Shown here in pieces: positions 23,299-35,568 of a stretch of 64,000 nt of DNA. This DNA comes from Octopus sinensis (taxonomy: Eukaryota). Below the pieces are notes generated by a model. The model was given only the letters and a program-made list of their open reading frames with translations, did no database searches and was not told the DNA's origin. The translations under genes and the position numbers were made by a program. Within the stretch, counting starts at the first letter, position 1. Each line of letters opens with the position of its first letter. The DNA lies in the NCBI RefSeq assembly GCF_006345805.1, contig NC_043002.1, positions 7,688,001 through 7,752,000 on the forward strand. The letters are read 5' to 3'.

Positions 23299-24262
23299 TG
23301 GCAGAAACGTTAGCACACCGGGCGAAATGTGTAGCCGTATTTCGTCTGCCGCTACGTTATGAGTTCAAATTCCGCCGAGGTTGACTTTGCCTTTCATCCT
23401 TTCGGGGTCGATTAAATAAGTACCAGTTGCGCACAGGGGTCGATATAATCGACTTAATCCCTTTGTCTGTCCTTGTTTGTTCCCTCTGTGTTTAACCCCT
23501 TGTGGGTAGTAAAGAAATAGGTATTTCGTCTGCCGCTACGTTCTGAGTTCAAGTTCCGCCGAGGTCGACTTTGCCTTTCATCCTTTCGGGGGTCGACTAA
23601 ATAAGTACCAGTTGCGCACAAGGGTCGATATAATTGACTTAATCCCTTTGTCTGTCCTTGTTTGTTCCCGCTGTGTTTAGTCCCTTGTGGGTAGTAAAGA
23701 AATAGGTATTTCGTCTGCCGCTACGTTCTGAGTTCAAATTCCGCCGAGGTTGACTTTGCCTTTCATCCTTTCGGGGTCGATTAAATAAGTACCAGTTGCG
23801 CACAGGGGTCGATATAATCGACTTAATCCCTTTGTCTGTCCTTGTTTGTTCCCTCTGTGTTTAACCCCTTGTGGGTAGTAAAGAAATAGGTATTTTGTCT
23901 GCCGCTACGTTCTGAGTTCAAATTTCGCCGAGGTCGACTTTGCCGTTCATCCTTTCGGGGTCGATTAAATAAGTACCAGTTACGCACAGGGGTCGATATA
24001 ATCGACTTAATCCGTTTGTCTGCCCTTGTTTGTTCCCTCTGTGTTTAGCCCCTTGTGGGTAGTAAAGAAATAGGTATTTCGTCTGCTGTTACGTTCTGAG
24101 TTCAAATTCCGCCGAGGTCGACTTAGCCTTTCATCCTTTCGGGGTCGATTAAATAAGTACCAGTTGCGCACAGGGGTCGATATAATCGACTTAATCCGTT
24201 TGTCTGCCCTTGTTTGTTCCCTCTGTGTTTAACCCCTTGTGGGTAGTAAAGAAATAGGTATT
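23299..24262 (+). repeat. Tandem array of SINE-B: one head plus five ~184-bp units
   Basis: Units start at 23337, 23521, 23706, 23890 and 24074, each at GTATTT. Confidence 0.95.
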
Positions 24263-25548
24263 ACTCAAGAGTAAGCTTTAAACTGGATATCGTGTTAAAC
24301 CTATATATATTTAGTATATTCCTTTCCCCCGAATAAAAACAAAACGCTAATGTATCTACATGCATAGGTTTATATGATGGTGACGCAAGAAAGCTATTAT
24401 TAATATTTCAAATAAAAGGCATTACGAAGCTTTGCAAAGCTGTTAATAACCATTCGTAACTTCATATTTTAAAGCATTAAGTGGATAAGATATGATTTTT
24501 CTGTAAAGACAGGAGCCTTGTGCTGATGCAAGAAATCAATATTCGCCATGAAGTTTTTCATCGCCGTTTACTATGGTATAAAAGACAATTGTTTTGGCAC
24601 CCTTGTAGCCTCTCACACAACATGGTTTACTCTTCTACAATATATTTCCTCCTGGATTACCTGTCAGTGACCAACTGTTTCCAGGTGTCAGCAAAATGTG
24701 TTAAAACAGAATAGGTGATGCTTCAAAGCATTCTTCATGTTAACTTTGGCCAAACTCCATTGCGTTCGGTGGACAACTGCTTCCCATATAAAATATCTCA
24801 AGGAAAACATTTGGTTGGTTGCAAGGCTTGTCATTTCTCACTTTAAAAGTTTTAAAGATATTTTGGCAGCAAAAATAGAGCTTTTCTTTTTTATTCTACG
24901 AAGTTTAAATGAAGGTGTAACAAATATGAATAGATTGTATTGCCAGGAAAGAAGCACAAGCGAATCCAAAGTACCAAAATAAGCAGTTTTCTGTAACGTA
25001 GTAGTACTAATAATTAAACAATCCACTCTTTACGAGCTATCTCTAGGTATGATGCGATTAGTTCTATTTGCATAATGAAGAGTTGTATCTTCTGTAAGGA
25101 AGATGAAAATAAGTGGCAGGTAGTTTGTGTTGGGATACGAGCATATTTTGTTGTATTTATATGTCGTTTTGTTGTATTATATGTCGTTAACCTTCAGGTA
25201 ACTACTGACAGTGCTTCTGTTGGTAATGTTTTATGATTCAAAGATTTTTTTGTTGTAGTTGGTTATATTAATCTGCTTGTATTCATGTCGAGAGTTACAT
25301 CTGTTACGTAATGAAACAACTTCGTGTTATTCTCTCAATAGCCTTAACTATCGGATTCTTTAACATCAGGAAACAATGTCACGGAGATCTATCATCATAT
25401 ACGTCAAAATAGAAATAAGAACATTTATTAAACGGGGAATATCACGGGGCCCGCTCGTGAATATGAATAGGTGGGGGGTGGGGGGCATAACTGTCAAAGA
25501 AAATTCTTTTTAATATAAGGAAAAAAAAGATCTACAAAAGTAATAATT

Positions 25549-25781
25549 TATTTCTTTATTGCCCACAAGGGGCTACACACAGAGGGGACAAACTAGTACA
25601 GACAAGGGGATTAAGTCAATCACATCGACCCCAGTGATTAACTGGTACTTAATTTATCGACCCCGAAAGGATGAAAAGCAAAGTTGACCTCGGCGGAATT
25701 TGAACTCAGAACGTAACGGCAGGCGAAATACCGCTAGGCATTTCGCCCGGCGTGCTAACGTTTCTGCCAGCTCACCGCTTT
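25549..25781 (-). mobile_element. SINE family B, full length, 18-bp TSD
   Basis: TCTACAAAAGTAATAATT at 25531-25548 and 25782-25799. Confidence 0.9.
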
Positions 25782-26543
25782 TCTACAAAAGTAATAATTG
25801 TTAGCTTAAATTGTCACGAAAGAAGTATCGCTGGCATACAGAAACACTAAAGAAATACTAAAGAAACACTAAAAGAAGTATTGTTGTCATTGACCGTGGT
25901 ATAAACATACAAGTGGAGAAAGAAGAGCCGACATCACCTGAAGAATAGATATGCAGCGTGTCAGAGTGTACAGGTAAAGAGAACGCAAAACATGCCACAC
26001 AAATCTGGCCGTACTCTCTCGTTTCGTATAATCACAACTTCGCTTAATACACCCTTCCGTTCTCATTTAATGACTGTAGGAATGTGACTTTGAGAATGAC
26101 TAGTTGTAATTTTTAGTAGATCGAACGGTTGCACAAAGATTGCCTCATTGGCCCGTGGCTCTCATGATTCCGTTTTTGACACTGTTGTAATATTAGTTAT
26201 CTTTTTAAACCCAATTATAATAGCAATGGATTGTAGATCGCTTTTAAAATCCAATTTTAGTTCATCAGACATTTCTTTGTGAAATATGCTTTGGATATTT
26301 ACGTTCTAAGTTCATATCACACTGAAGCCAATTTTGTTTTCATCCTTCTGAGACCGATGAATAAAGTACACCGGTCAAATATTGGTTCAAATTATTTACT
26401 GTTTCTTCACTCCGAATTCCTAATTTTGTGCATGTATTACACTAAGGTCAACCTAATTCAGATGATGCTTGAAGTCCCTCCCTTAAAATGGTGGGCCTTG
26501 TACCAAAATCTGAACCTATTATTATTATTATTATTATTATTAT

Positions 26544-26574
<31 letters not shown>

Positions 26575-26575
<1 letters not shown>

Positions 26576-27581
26576 TCTCTGCCTTCGCTAAGGCGGAGGT
26601 ATTGTTTTCAGTGGTGTTTGTTTGTTTGCCTGTGGACAAGATATCTCAAGAACTGCTGGATGGATTCGGATGAAACTTTCAGGGATGTTTGGCCTCGTAA
26701 CTGGCATGAACCGATTGGATTTTGGAATCGATCTGGTGCCGGATAAGGATTCTGGATTATTTGTAATATTTACTTTACTTCACATGAAGTATTACGATCT
26801 TACGTTCACTTTCAAGACTTTCTCTGATTATCTCCCTTGAAAGTACGCTCATAGTTTCCACGTAAGTTATGGCGGCATTGCTGTTTCCGAAGTTTTATTT
26901 TCGTTTCTCATTAATTTTACTCTCGTCTCTATCTTAGTAGAAATTGATTGATAAAGAAATCAAACCACATAAACAAACGGCAGCAAAACCGTTCAGAAGT
27001 TAGATAACACTTAACATATTCAGTAACAATAATACATTTAATTTATCCTCAACAATTTTTAGTTTTACCAATTTTGAATACACCGCTCCTGTATAAAACC
27101 TCTTACTTACTCGACAATTTTATATCTAGCTCTGCCTTGAAGGAAGCTTTACTTCTTAGACTCGCGTTTTGTGCGCAACGATGTTGTTAAACCTCCGTTA
27201 ACAGTACCGTATACGGGTCCTTTCCGTTTTTCTTTCACGTACGGATAAATTTTTCACTATACACCTTAATAGTCGTAAAGACAAAAAATGGCCCTCATAG
27301 ATAAAACTGTCCCTGTTCCCACAGCAGACCACACACACACACACACAGAAGTGCAAACACGGCCCGCACACCTACCTTCACATTTCATGACTACCATTGG
27401 GATAGATTAGGTACCGGACAAGGAGTCTGGATTATTTTTCCGGTTATTTTTTTACTTAATTTTTGGGAGCGGTCGGGTCCATTTTTAGTATTCTCATTTG
27501 TGAGAGCAGTCGAGTTTATTTCCAGAGGAGTGAGATGTGATCATTTTCAAACCCTGGTGGTAGTTAGTGTTCCCACTAGTT
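26575..27581 (+). mobile_element. Helentron-associated non-autonomous element (HINE/DINE-1-like)
   Basis: 5' hairpin CTCTGCCTT-CGCT-AAGGCGGAG, then a (TGTT)n tract, then GATATCTCAAGAACTGCTGGATGGATTCGGATGAAACTT. 3' end CTAGT followed by a T-run. Confidence 0.55.
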
Positions 27582-27650
27582 TTTATTATTGTTATTATTA
27601 TTATTATTATTACTATTATTATTATCATTATCATTATTATTATTATTATT

Positions 27651-27843
27651 GAGTGAGAGAGCAGTGCATGCCATCAAAGTGACACTGGGGTAAAAAATAC
27701 AAAGCCCAGTATACCCATCATGACTACCCGTCTGATAAGGGTACACCAGACACATGCATCACAATCATATGTGCGTGACATGGTGATCTTGTATCAAGAT
27801 AACCAGCACATGACCTTGTAGGTGGGGCCCAGTTAGAATTTTA
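27651..27843 (-). mobile_element. Non-coding element D, 5'-truncated, flanked by (AAT)n
   Basis: Matches 50841-51030 and 53670-53864. Confidence 0.85.
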
Positions 27844-27860
27844 TTATAATAATAATAATA

Positions 27861-27893
<33 letters not shown>

Positions 27894-27900
27894 TTTATTA

Positions 27901-28129
27901 TTTTCTTCTTTCGCCAAATTTTCTTCCGTTTCTCGCCGAGTGTTTTCCATACACCTAGGGCAGAGAAGCTCATTGTATGCATTTCCAGATTACACACGCA
28001 AATTCACAGGTAAAATATGTATTTAAAAAAAATAAATAAATACATAAATTCATGAATGGATGTTGTTTTCACAGCGATAATGCTCTTATCAGTACATGAG
28101 CCGTTCCAGTCAACACGATTTTTTGCACT
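27901..28129 (-). mobile_element. R4/Dong-type LINE 3' end (same family as 54024)
   Basis: VQKIVLTGTAHVLIRALSL*. 3' end CCTAGG...ACACTCGGCGAGAAACGGAAG matches 54800-54888. (AAT)n on both sides. Confidence 0.8.
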
Positions 28130-28147
28130 TATTATTATTATTATTAT

Positions 28148-28245
28148 TGAGAGAGCAGTGCATGTCATCAAAGTGACACTAGGGTAAAATATACGAAGCC
28201 CAGAATACCCATCATGACTACCCGTCTGATAAGGATACACAAGGC
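28148..28245 (-). mobile_element. Non-coding element D, short 3' fragment
   Basis: GAGAGAGCAGTGCATGTCATCAAAGTGACAC... Confidence 0.8.
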
Positions 28246-28271
28246 ACACTCCGATAAGGGTATACAAGGCA

Positions 28272-28420
28272 CGCTCCGAGTTCAAATTCTGCCGAGGTAG
28301 ACTTTGCCTTTCATCCTTTCGGGATTGATAAAATAAATACCAGTTGAACACTGCGGTCGATGTAATCGACTTATCCCCTTCCCCCAAGACTGCTGTCCTT
28401 GTGGCAAAACTTGAAACCAT
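28272..28420 (+). mobile_element. SINE family B, head-truncated, alternative tail
   Basis: GAGTTCAAATTCTGCCGAGG...ATCGACTTATCCCC...CTTGTGGCAAAACTTGAAACCATT. Confidence 0.75.
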
Positions 28421-28611
28421 TATTATTTTTATTATTTTATCTCTCTCGCCACCATGTGAGCAGAACCGTAAGAGCGTCAGAATAAAAAAAAGAACTACTT
28501 TGCGGCACTCTTTCCGCCTTTTTACGTTCCGAGTTCAAAACCTGCCGAGATCGGTTTTGCTTTACATCCATTCAGAGCTGATATGATATAGTACCAGTCT
28601 AGTACTAGAGT

Positions 28612-29021
28612 CGGGCAGAATCGTTAGCACGCCGGAGCGAAATGCGTAGCCGTATTTCGTCTGCCGTTACGTTCTGAGTTCAAATTCCGCCGAGGTCGAC
28701 TTTGCCTTTCATTCTTTCGGGGCCGATTAAATAAGTACCAGTAACGCACTGAGGTCGATATAATCGACTTAATCCGTTTGTCTGTCCTTGTTTGTCCCCT
28801 CTGTGTGTAGCCCCTTGTGGGTAGTAAAGAAATAGGTATTTCGTCTGCCATTACATTCTGAGTTCAAATTCAGCCGAGGTCGACTTTGCCTTTCATCCTT
28901 TCGGGGTCGATTAAATAAGTACCAGTTACGCACTGGGGTCGATATAATCGACTTAATCCGTGTGTCTGTCCTTGTTTGTCCCCTCTGTGTTTAGCCCCTT
29001 GTGGGTAGTAAAGAAATAGGT
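28612..29021 (+). repeat. SINE-B head plus two tandem units
   Basis: Second unit joins at AAATAG|GTATTTCGTC (~28836), the same junction as in the 23.3-kb array. Confidence 0.9.
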
Positions 29022-29931
29022 TTCGTCGGTTCCCCACACCCACGTAACTTCTGGCCTTATGTATAAATTAGAGCTCTTTCCGATCGGCATATGTTTTTCA
29101 GATTTCTATCCAGTACATCTTGATATTATTTGGGGATTTTTTCTCTCTTTTTGACAACGAGATGTAAATTCAGGTAGATTTGGTTGTTATATCTGGCAAA
29201 ATTCAATAAGCAGTGCTGACGACAGCTTCTCGTCTCCTTGTTATCATTGTTTGTTTATAAACAGGTTGTAAATCATAGTTAGAAGTTACGACACAACAGA
29301 CTGTATACGGTTAACTAAGCACAAATAGACGTCAGCTGTGACCGTGCAACTACATTCAACTGTTACACTTTAAATTTGACACAAATATATCTCAACCGTG
29401 ACATTCCCAACGATAATACAAATGTAACTTCAATAACTAAACTATACTTGTGTGTTGTATTTTATTAGCACTATCACGCTACAGTCCAACTGTTACTATT
29501 GAGAAAACATATTTCAACTATACTACTATAAAATGGATGATAAATCTTAATGGTGATAGTGTGAATAGAATTAAATATACTTTCGCAAGAACACACACAT
29601 ACAAACGTAGTTTCACACACTTGCATTTGCTCACAGATACGCTTTCGCACACTGCGCGCATCCATGCACAAATACACACACACACATGTATATGCACATA
29701 CACACACATAACTCTGCGTAAGTGCTTGTGTTTATGTGTGCGCGCGTGCGTGTTAGTACGTGTGGTTGTACATATGAGCAACGGAGAACAGAAGTCAAGT
29801 GAGAGGAAATGTGCATGTATGTGTGACAGAGAGAGAGAGAGAGAAAGAGAAAGGGAAGTATATATATGTAAGTTATGTTACTGAAAACATCCCTTTTGTA
29901 TGTGTGTATATATATACATATATATATATAT

Positions 29932-30053
29932 ATCACCGTGATCACCGTGACCGACCAGGCTATCAGATGTTGCTACACATCGCTGGTCACAATGCGCTTC
30001 GCATTGTTTTAGCCTTCAAATGAAGCCACCCTGCTGGCTAAGCGAGCAGGCCA
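29932..30053 (-). mobile_element. SINE-A tail type 2 fragment
   Basis: Reverse complement of 1172-1294. Confidence 0.8.
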
Positions 30054-30639
30054 ATATATATATATATACATATATATATATACACACATACACACACACA
30101 CATTTTATATACATGTGTGCGTGCGTGCATGCGTGCGTTTGTGAGTGTGTGTGTGTGTGTGTGTGTGCGTGCATGCGTGCGTTTGTGAGTGTGTGTGTCC
30201 TGGGTATGACTTTAAACTACATTTGGTAATGGGATCCTGATCCGGGTGTCCCAGGGTTTTGAAGGTGTGAAACCACCCTTTAGCCACTATTGTTCCAGGT
30301 TTATTCTGACCCGGTGTTGTGGTACCTGTTGTGGTCACAGCTATGAGTTAACTATATGTATAGATAATCCACCCGAGTGAGGGGACGCAGGAATACTCTT
30401 TCTTGGTATCAAGCCGTGCAATAAAACAACCGGAGAACTAGCTGTCCTCACAAAATACTTCCAGGAGAGGGATATAGTGATGTGAATGCTACTATTTCGT
30501 ATGATTATTGTCCAACTTGTTTTGGCCTATCACTGGGTCTTAATCACAGACTCAGAGAATGGTATTCGTGTTCTACAAGTGTATATTACTATAATCCAAC
30601 GATGTACAGATGTCTCTTAATGGTCACCTCGTCATTCCA

Positions 30640-30800
30640 TCTACTGAAAGATCTATGGCAATGGAGGAGTGCCAACGTGTGCGGAACAAACCAGGTGGAA
30701 GTGCACAGTGAGCTACAGCTTTCGTCTGTCACCAACGCTTCGATGCATGCACTTCCGCATGTGGGACTGAACGCTCATCTGAGAGATCTTAGACTTCCAT
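30640..30800 (+). mobile_element. Possible degenerate RTE LINE C-terminus
   Basis: LLKDLWQWRS...HVGLNAHLR resembles RTE C-termini (DR..WR...GL.SHLR). Weak. Confidence 0.3.
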
Positions 30801-31527
30801 TTACTGAGACGGCAGTCCGCTGTGAAAATAGAGCAATCATCATACACCACACACACTCACACACACACATATTTAAACATGTATGTATGTATACACACAC
30901 ACTCACACACACACGCACAACACACACTTACACATACACACACACACAGCATATATAAGTGTATACAAAGTTGAGAAAGGCTTCGCGTGAGAAATCGACC
31001 AGACGTGAATCTGAAGAAAAGATTACTGTAATCGTTGGACTGTGAATAGGTACACGCACAAATGCACACACATGCACACATACACATGTGCGTATGCGCT
31101 TTTGCCTTTGTGTCCATGTGTACATATGTGTATGTGTGTATATATATGTGTATTTGCATATGTGTGTGTGTATGCATGTTATAGAGTTATTAATATTGAC
31201 GTTATGAGTCAAATGTAGCGAGTCGATCTGCACCAGGAAATGAGTGAATGGGGTATCTCACATAACACAGACCTTTCTTCCTTGACAAATCTATGCAGAA
31301 AAGGGGTTCGAGGAAACCCCGATATTCAAAACAAAAAGGTGTAAGAAAAGGAAATCGGACGGGATTTGCATATGCCCCCGAAAAGGAATTATAAGTAGGC
31401 TCAGGATGATGCATATCAGGATGTGTATCCACGCAGCTACCTGAGTTACACATATCAAAATGAGTATATTAATTAGAAATATTGAATTTCTAAATGTCTC
31501 AAAGAGACATGAGCGGTGGTGGAGCGC

Positions 31528-31748
31528 TAGAGTGGTTGTATACTGTCAACATAACGTGACAGTCCCGTAAAGGGAATTACACTACCGCTATTTAGCCCTA
31601 GGAAGCATCGACGCTTCATGTCGGCTTTGACACATATAAGGACACAGGAAATGTGTCAAAGCCGACAGGAAGCGTCGATGCTTCCTAGGGCTAAATAGCG
31701 GTGGTGTAATTCCCTTTACGGGACTGTTGACAGTATACAACTACTCTA
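31528..31748. mobile_element. Near-perfect palindromic MITE-like element (~95-bp arms)
   Basis: TAGAGTGGTTGTATACTGTCAAC...GCTTTGACACAT is mirrored by ATGTGTCAAAGC...GTTGACAGTATACAACTACTCTA. Confidence 0.8.
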
Positions 31749-33599
31749 ATACGTATATAGTTTTCAGGAAAGTGAGGAGACAGGTAGAGCACGTGCAGTA
31801 TACGCCTATCCAAACAGACGCTACCATACAGGTGTTCGTAATATTAGCACAAACGTTGACTCTTAGATTTATTTTTACAATTGCATAACACTAAGGACAT
31901 GTAAAGAGATCTGTATGGACATCCAGCTCCTGAGTAATTCCGAATATTACAAGACTATCTTGGAGTCTTACTCTTTTAAGTGAGCAGAGAGGAGGTCAAT
32001 TAGTTTTGTGATGCAGAAGGAAAGGCTTTGTTGTTGTACGTTTGGCAGTAAAGGCTGCTTAACTGCCTTCTGCGTAGAATAAAAGGAAAACGAAAAAAAC
32101 AAAGAAAAAGTAGAGTTGTAATCAGAATCAGAGGCATTCGCTCCACAATAGCAGATCTGAAAGGTTGCTGTTACCACTATTTCCAAAGACTACTACCAGT
32201 CGCAACTTCGAGAAAAGATTGGGTGGAAGCAAATGAAATCGCTTAATCCATTTGTTCATCATCTTACATTAAGTGAGACAGGAAGGAGACTAAAAAAGTT
32301 AAAGTAATTTGTAACAAAGAGAAAGGGAAAGGGAGACAGCTAGGACAAACTAAACAAAACCAAGTGGTTGGAGGTCCCTCACAATGAAGCAACCACCCCA
32401 TGGAGTACCTGGCCTTCTTTACACGACATATTAAGTGCAGTTTACATATTCTAATCTTGGCCCTAAAAGAGAACAAGTCAAATACTGTACTGTATGGGAG
32501 AAAGACGGATTTGTGTAACCATAGATGATAGATGGTTGATAATGACAACGTTTTCTTTCTTTTTTCTGTTTTTAGTTATTTTACTAACAATATTTAAGCC
32601 CACCCAGCTACCTTAGGTTTGAAAAGAAAACTCTGTTGAAACAGCCCCTCAAAATATGGGACCTGTTATAGTTTGATTAAAAGCTGAATGTATTGAAGAA
32701 CAATTGTGAAGAACCTAATTTGTAAAAGATGATCAGATGCGAAGGTGCTCAGTGTTGTAGTGCCTTGGGTGGTGTCTCCTCGTAACTGTGTGAATAGGAT
32801 GCACTAATTTGTATTCAATTGTATTTGTTTTGCTTCCTATGTAACAAAGCTTTCACCCATCCTGATATATTAAGGTTTCTACTCAATCCTGACTATTTTG
32901 TGACCGCGTGTGTGTTTGAAAGAAAGAGAGAGAGAGAGAGACGGACAGACAGACAGACAGACAGAGAATACATCCACACAGATTTTAAATTGCATAAGTG
33001 GATCTTTGTAATCCATAAAGAAAAATTATGATAGTTGTTGTTTGCCGTGAATGGTCACGTTTAATAGGGAGATACTTTCAAGGTACGATCTTCCAGTATT
33101 ATTTCAGATGTTGTTTTTTGGAGGGAAGGGGTGCGTTTTAATCTTTTCCCTTTTTCTTTTAGTTATTTTACTAACAATATTTAAGCCCACCCAACTACCT
33201 TAGGTTTGAAAAGACAGCTCCGTTGAAACAGTATTGTAAACATGGTCTGTCCTTGGCGATTTTATTGAGTTCGTATATTTTTAAAACATCATTTTTATTT
33301 GTTTATTCGTGGTTCATATTGTAAACTGCCCTTGTAGTGGAAAAAGACGTTAACCACAAAGGTGTGGCTAACAAAACTTCGGAAAAACACTACAAATTTT
33401 CGAAAATACCTAAGAAAATTTAAAAAGTAAAAATAGTAATAAAAAGGAAAAAGAAAGACATTAAAATTAAATAAATAGGTACAGCTATAAATACAGATAG
33501 ACGCCATTTCATAAGCACAAAAGAGAAGGAAAGGCGAAAACGCAAACTTAAATTGTAAAGCAATAACGGCAACAACGATATCAGCGCACCCTTTTCTAG

Positions 33600-34250
33600 A
33601 TTTGCATGACAAAAAGAACGCATTGTAGTCTGTCATCAACAGGCAAAGAAAAGGCTTACAAGGGGATATGTCACAAAGGAGAGTGCGTCCTTGCTCGAAG
33701 AATATACTCAAGAGTGGACCATGGGAAGCATGATATGGGAAGACATAACTTTTCAAAAGAGTTAATTTCTATATTTTTCTCATTCATATAAAATAGAAAT
33801 CTCCGAATGGAGACTAAAAATAAGACAAATACCGGCAAGAGACGACAAACACCAGTCACATCCTATTGTGTATGAAGTGATGGAGGATCGAGAAGGTTGG
33901 AAACTGCTGAGGTAAGTAGGAAAAGAAGACGCAAAAAAATGAGAATCGGCCCTGATTTAAAGCCGGTACAAGGCTGGAAGTCCTTCCGAAGAGTGGCCCA
34001 AATAGCAGGACTGTCTTAATTTAATGGTAAAATAGACAAGTTTTAGCCTTACAGTCTGTTGGGAAATAGAAAAGTGAACAAGACAAAAAAATATGCTGAT
34101 GGCGGAAACGATGCACTGGAAACTCAGAAGCTGCCAGAAAAGAAATGATTACTAAAAACTCGTCAGCGATATATCGGCAGCTAAGGGGGCGCTTCCTGAA
34201 AACTATGGTGGACTTCGTGAGAAAGACTGGAGGCTCCACTTTGGGGAAGA
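33600..34250 (+). mobile_element. Possible highly degenerate Tx1/L1-like ORF2 remnant
   Basis: Broken frames with TKNSSAIYRQLRG resembling the [10 protein letters not shown] region of the Tx1 copies. Weak. Confidence 0.25.
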
Positions 34251-34532
34251 GGATCGTAGTTGTGGATATGATCTGACGTAATGGACGGCATTTTTGTTGG
34301 TAGTTTGTCTTTTTGTGACCGTGTTAATGTGTCTATACACTAAATGTTGCACTACATCGTATTATATGCCCCGTATATAATTACTGTTGGTAATGTGTGC
34401 TAGAGCCCAAGTGGCTAATATGTATATATATGGTACGTATATATTAAATATAATTACTAAGAAAAACGAATTGTTTCGAACTAGAACAGAAATTTGCATT
34501 AAAAAAGTATGCGCGTATTATATATATATATA

Positions 34533-34565
<33 letters not shown>

Positions 34566-34585
34566 TTGAGTGTGTGTGTGTGTGT

Positions 34586-34616
<31 letters not shown>

Positions 34617-35174
34617 CTAATATGTTTCAATCACCAAATCTGTATTTTTAAAAGGAAATAAAACATCTGAAAATTGGTTATATTGATGCAGTTTTCCACG
34701 ATTATTCCTGTGAAACCATGAACTTGTGGAGAAAAACTTTGACGAAAAAGTTACAGACGTATAAAAATTTTAAAAAAACATGTATTTGTGGCCAATAATG
34801 AGAGAGAAATTTCCTGCGTTGAAGCAGTGTCAACTTTAAGGTTGTACCCTGTGAAATTTATAGTTTAGCGTCAATGAAATGACATGTTCATTATAGGTTT
34901 CTAAATAAAGATAAATACCCAATAAAGTCAACATGTATCATCTTTTGTTTTGTTTCTTCATTGATTTATATAGTGTTTTGTATGTTTTTATTAGTTTTTA
35001 AAATTTGTTATATTAATATATTTGTCTGTATGTGTTTGTTCCAGTTGTATTTACAGTTGTATTTTATGAAGCCATTGACTTCTACACACAGAATTAATAT
35101 GGGTTGCGTATTTCAGTATTATGTATACCTGCCATGTATTTGTGTACATCATTGATACATATGTGATTGTGGAA

Positions 35175-35407
35175 ATCCTTCCTTGGAAGAGATAAGTACT
35201 GCTGCTAAAAAATTTCCAATGGTAAAGCTCTTGGATAAGACGATATTCCTATAGAGCTGTATAAGCATGGTAGCAGACAACTTGTAAGTAAGCTGTGCAA
35301 ATTGATCTCTTTGATCTGGGAAACTGGATCTGTTCCCCAGCAGTTCAAAGATGCATCTATAATGCACTTGTACAAAAACAAAGGAAAAAAGAGTGTATGT
35401 GATAATC
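35175..35407 (+). mobile_element. RTE-clade LINE, RT N-terminal fragment
   Basis: NGKALG*DDIPIELYKHG...LISLIWETGSVPQQFKDASIMHLYKNKGKKSVCDN. Confidence 0.85.
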
Positions 35408-35568
35408 CTCTTTTCCAATAGAAGAATAAAGATAATCAAAAAGAATGGAGAAATGTGTTGTTATTGGCAAGCTATTCTAGTGTAATTAATTTTACTGATA
35501 CCTGTTGGATTACAGGTAAAATTTACTTTCGTAGGATTTGAACTCAGAATGCAGAGGAACATAACTAA

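Noticed and set aside
23299-24262. Regularly spaced repeat resembling a CRISPR array or a retrozyme tandem
   Set aside because: Units are full 184-bp SINE bodies with no unique spacers, there are no cas genes in this eukaryotic context, and no hammerhead core was found in the unit.
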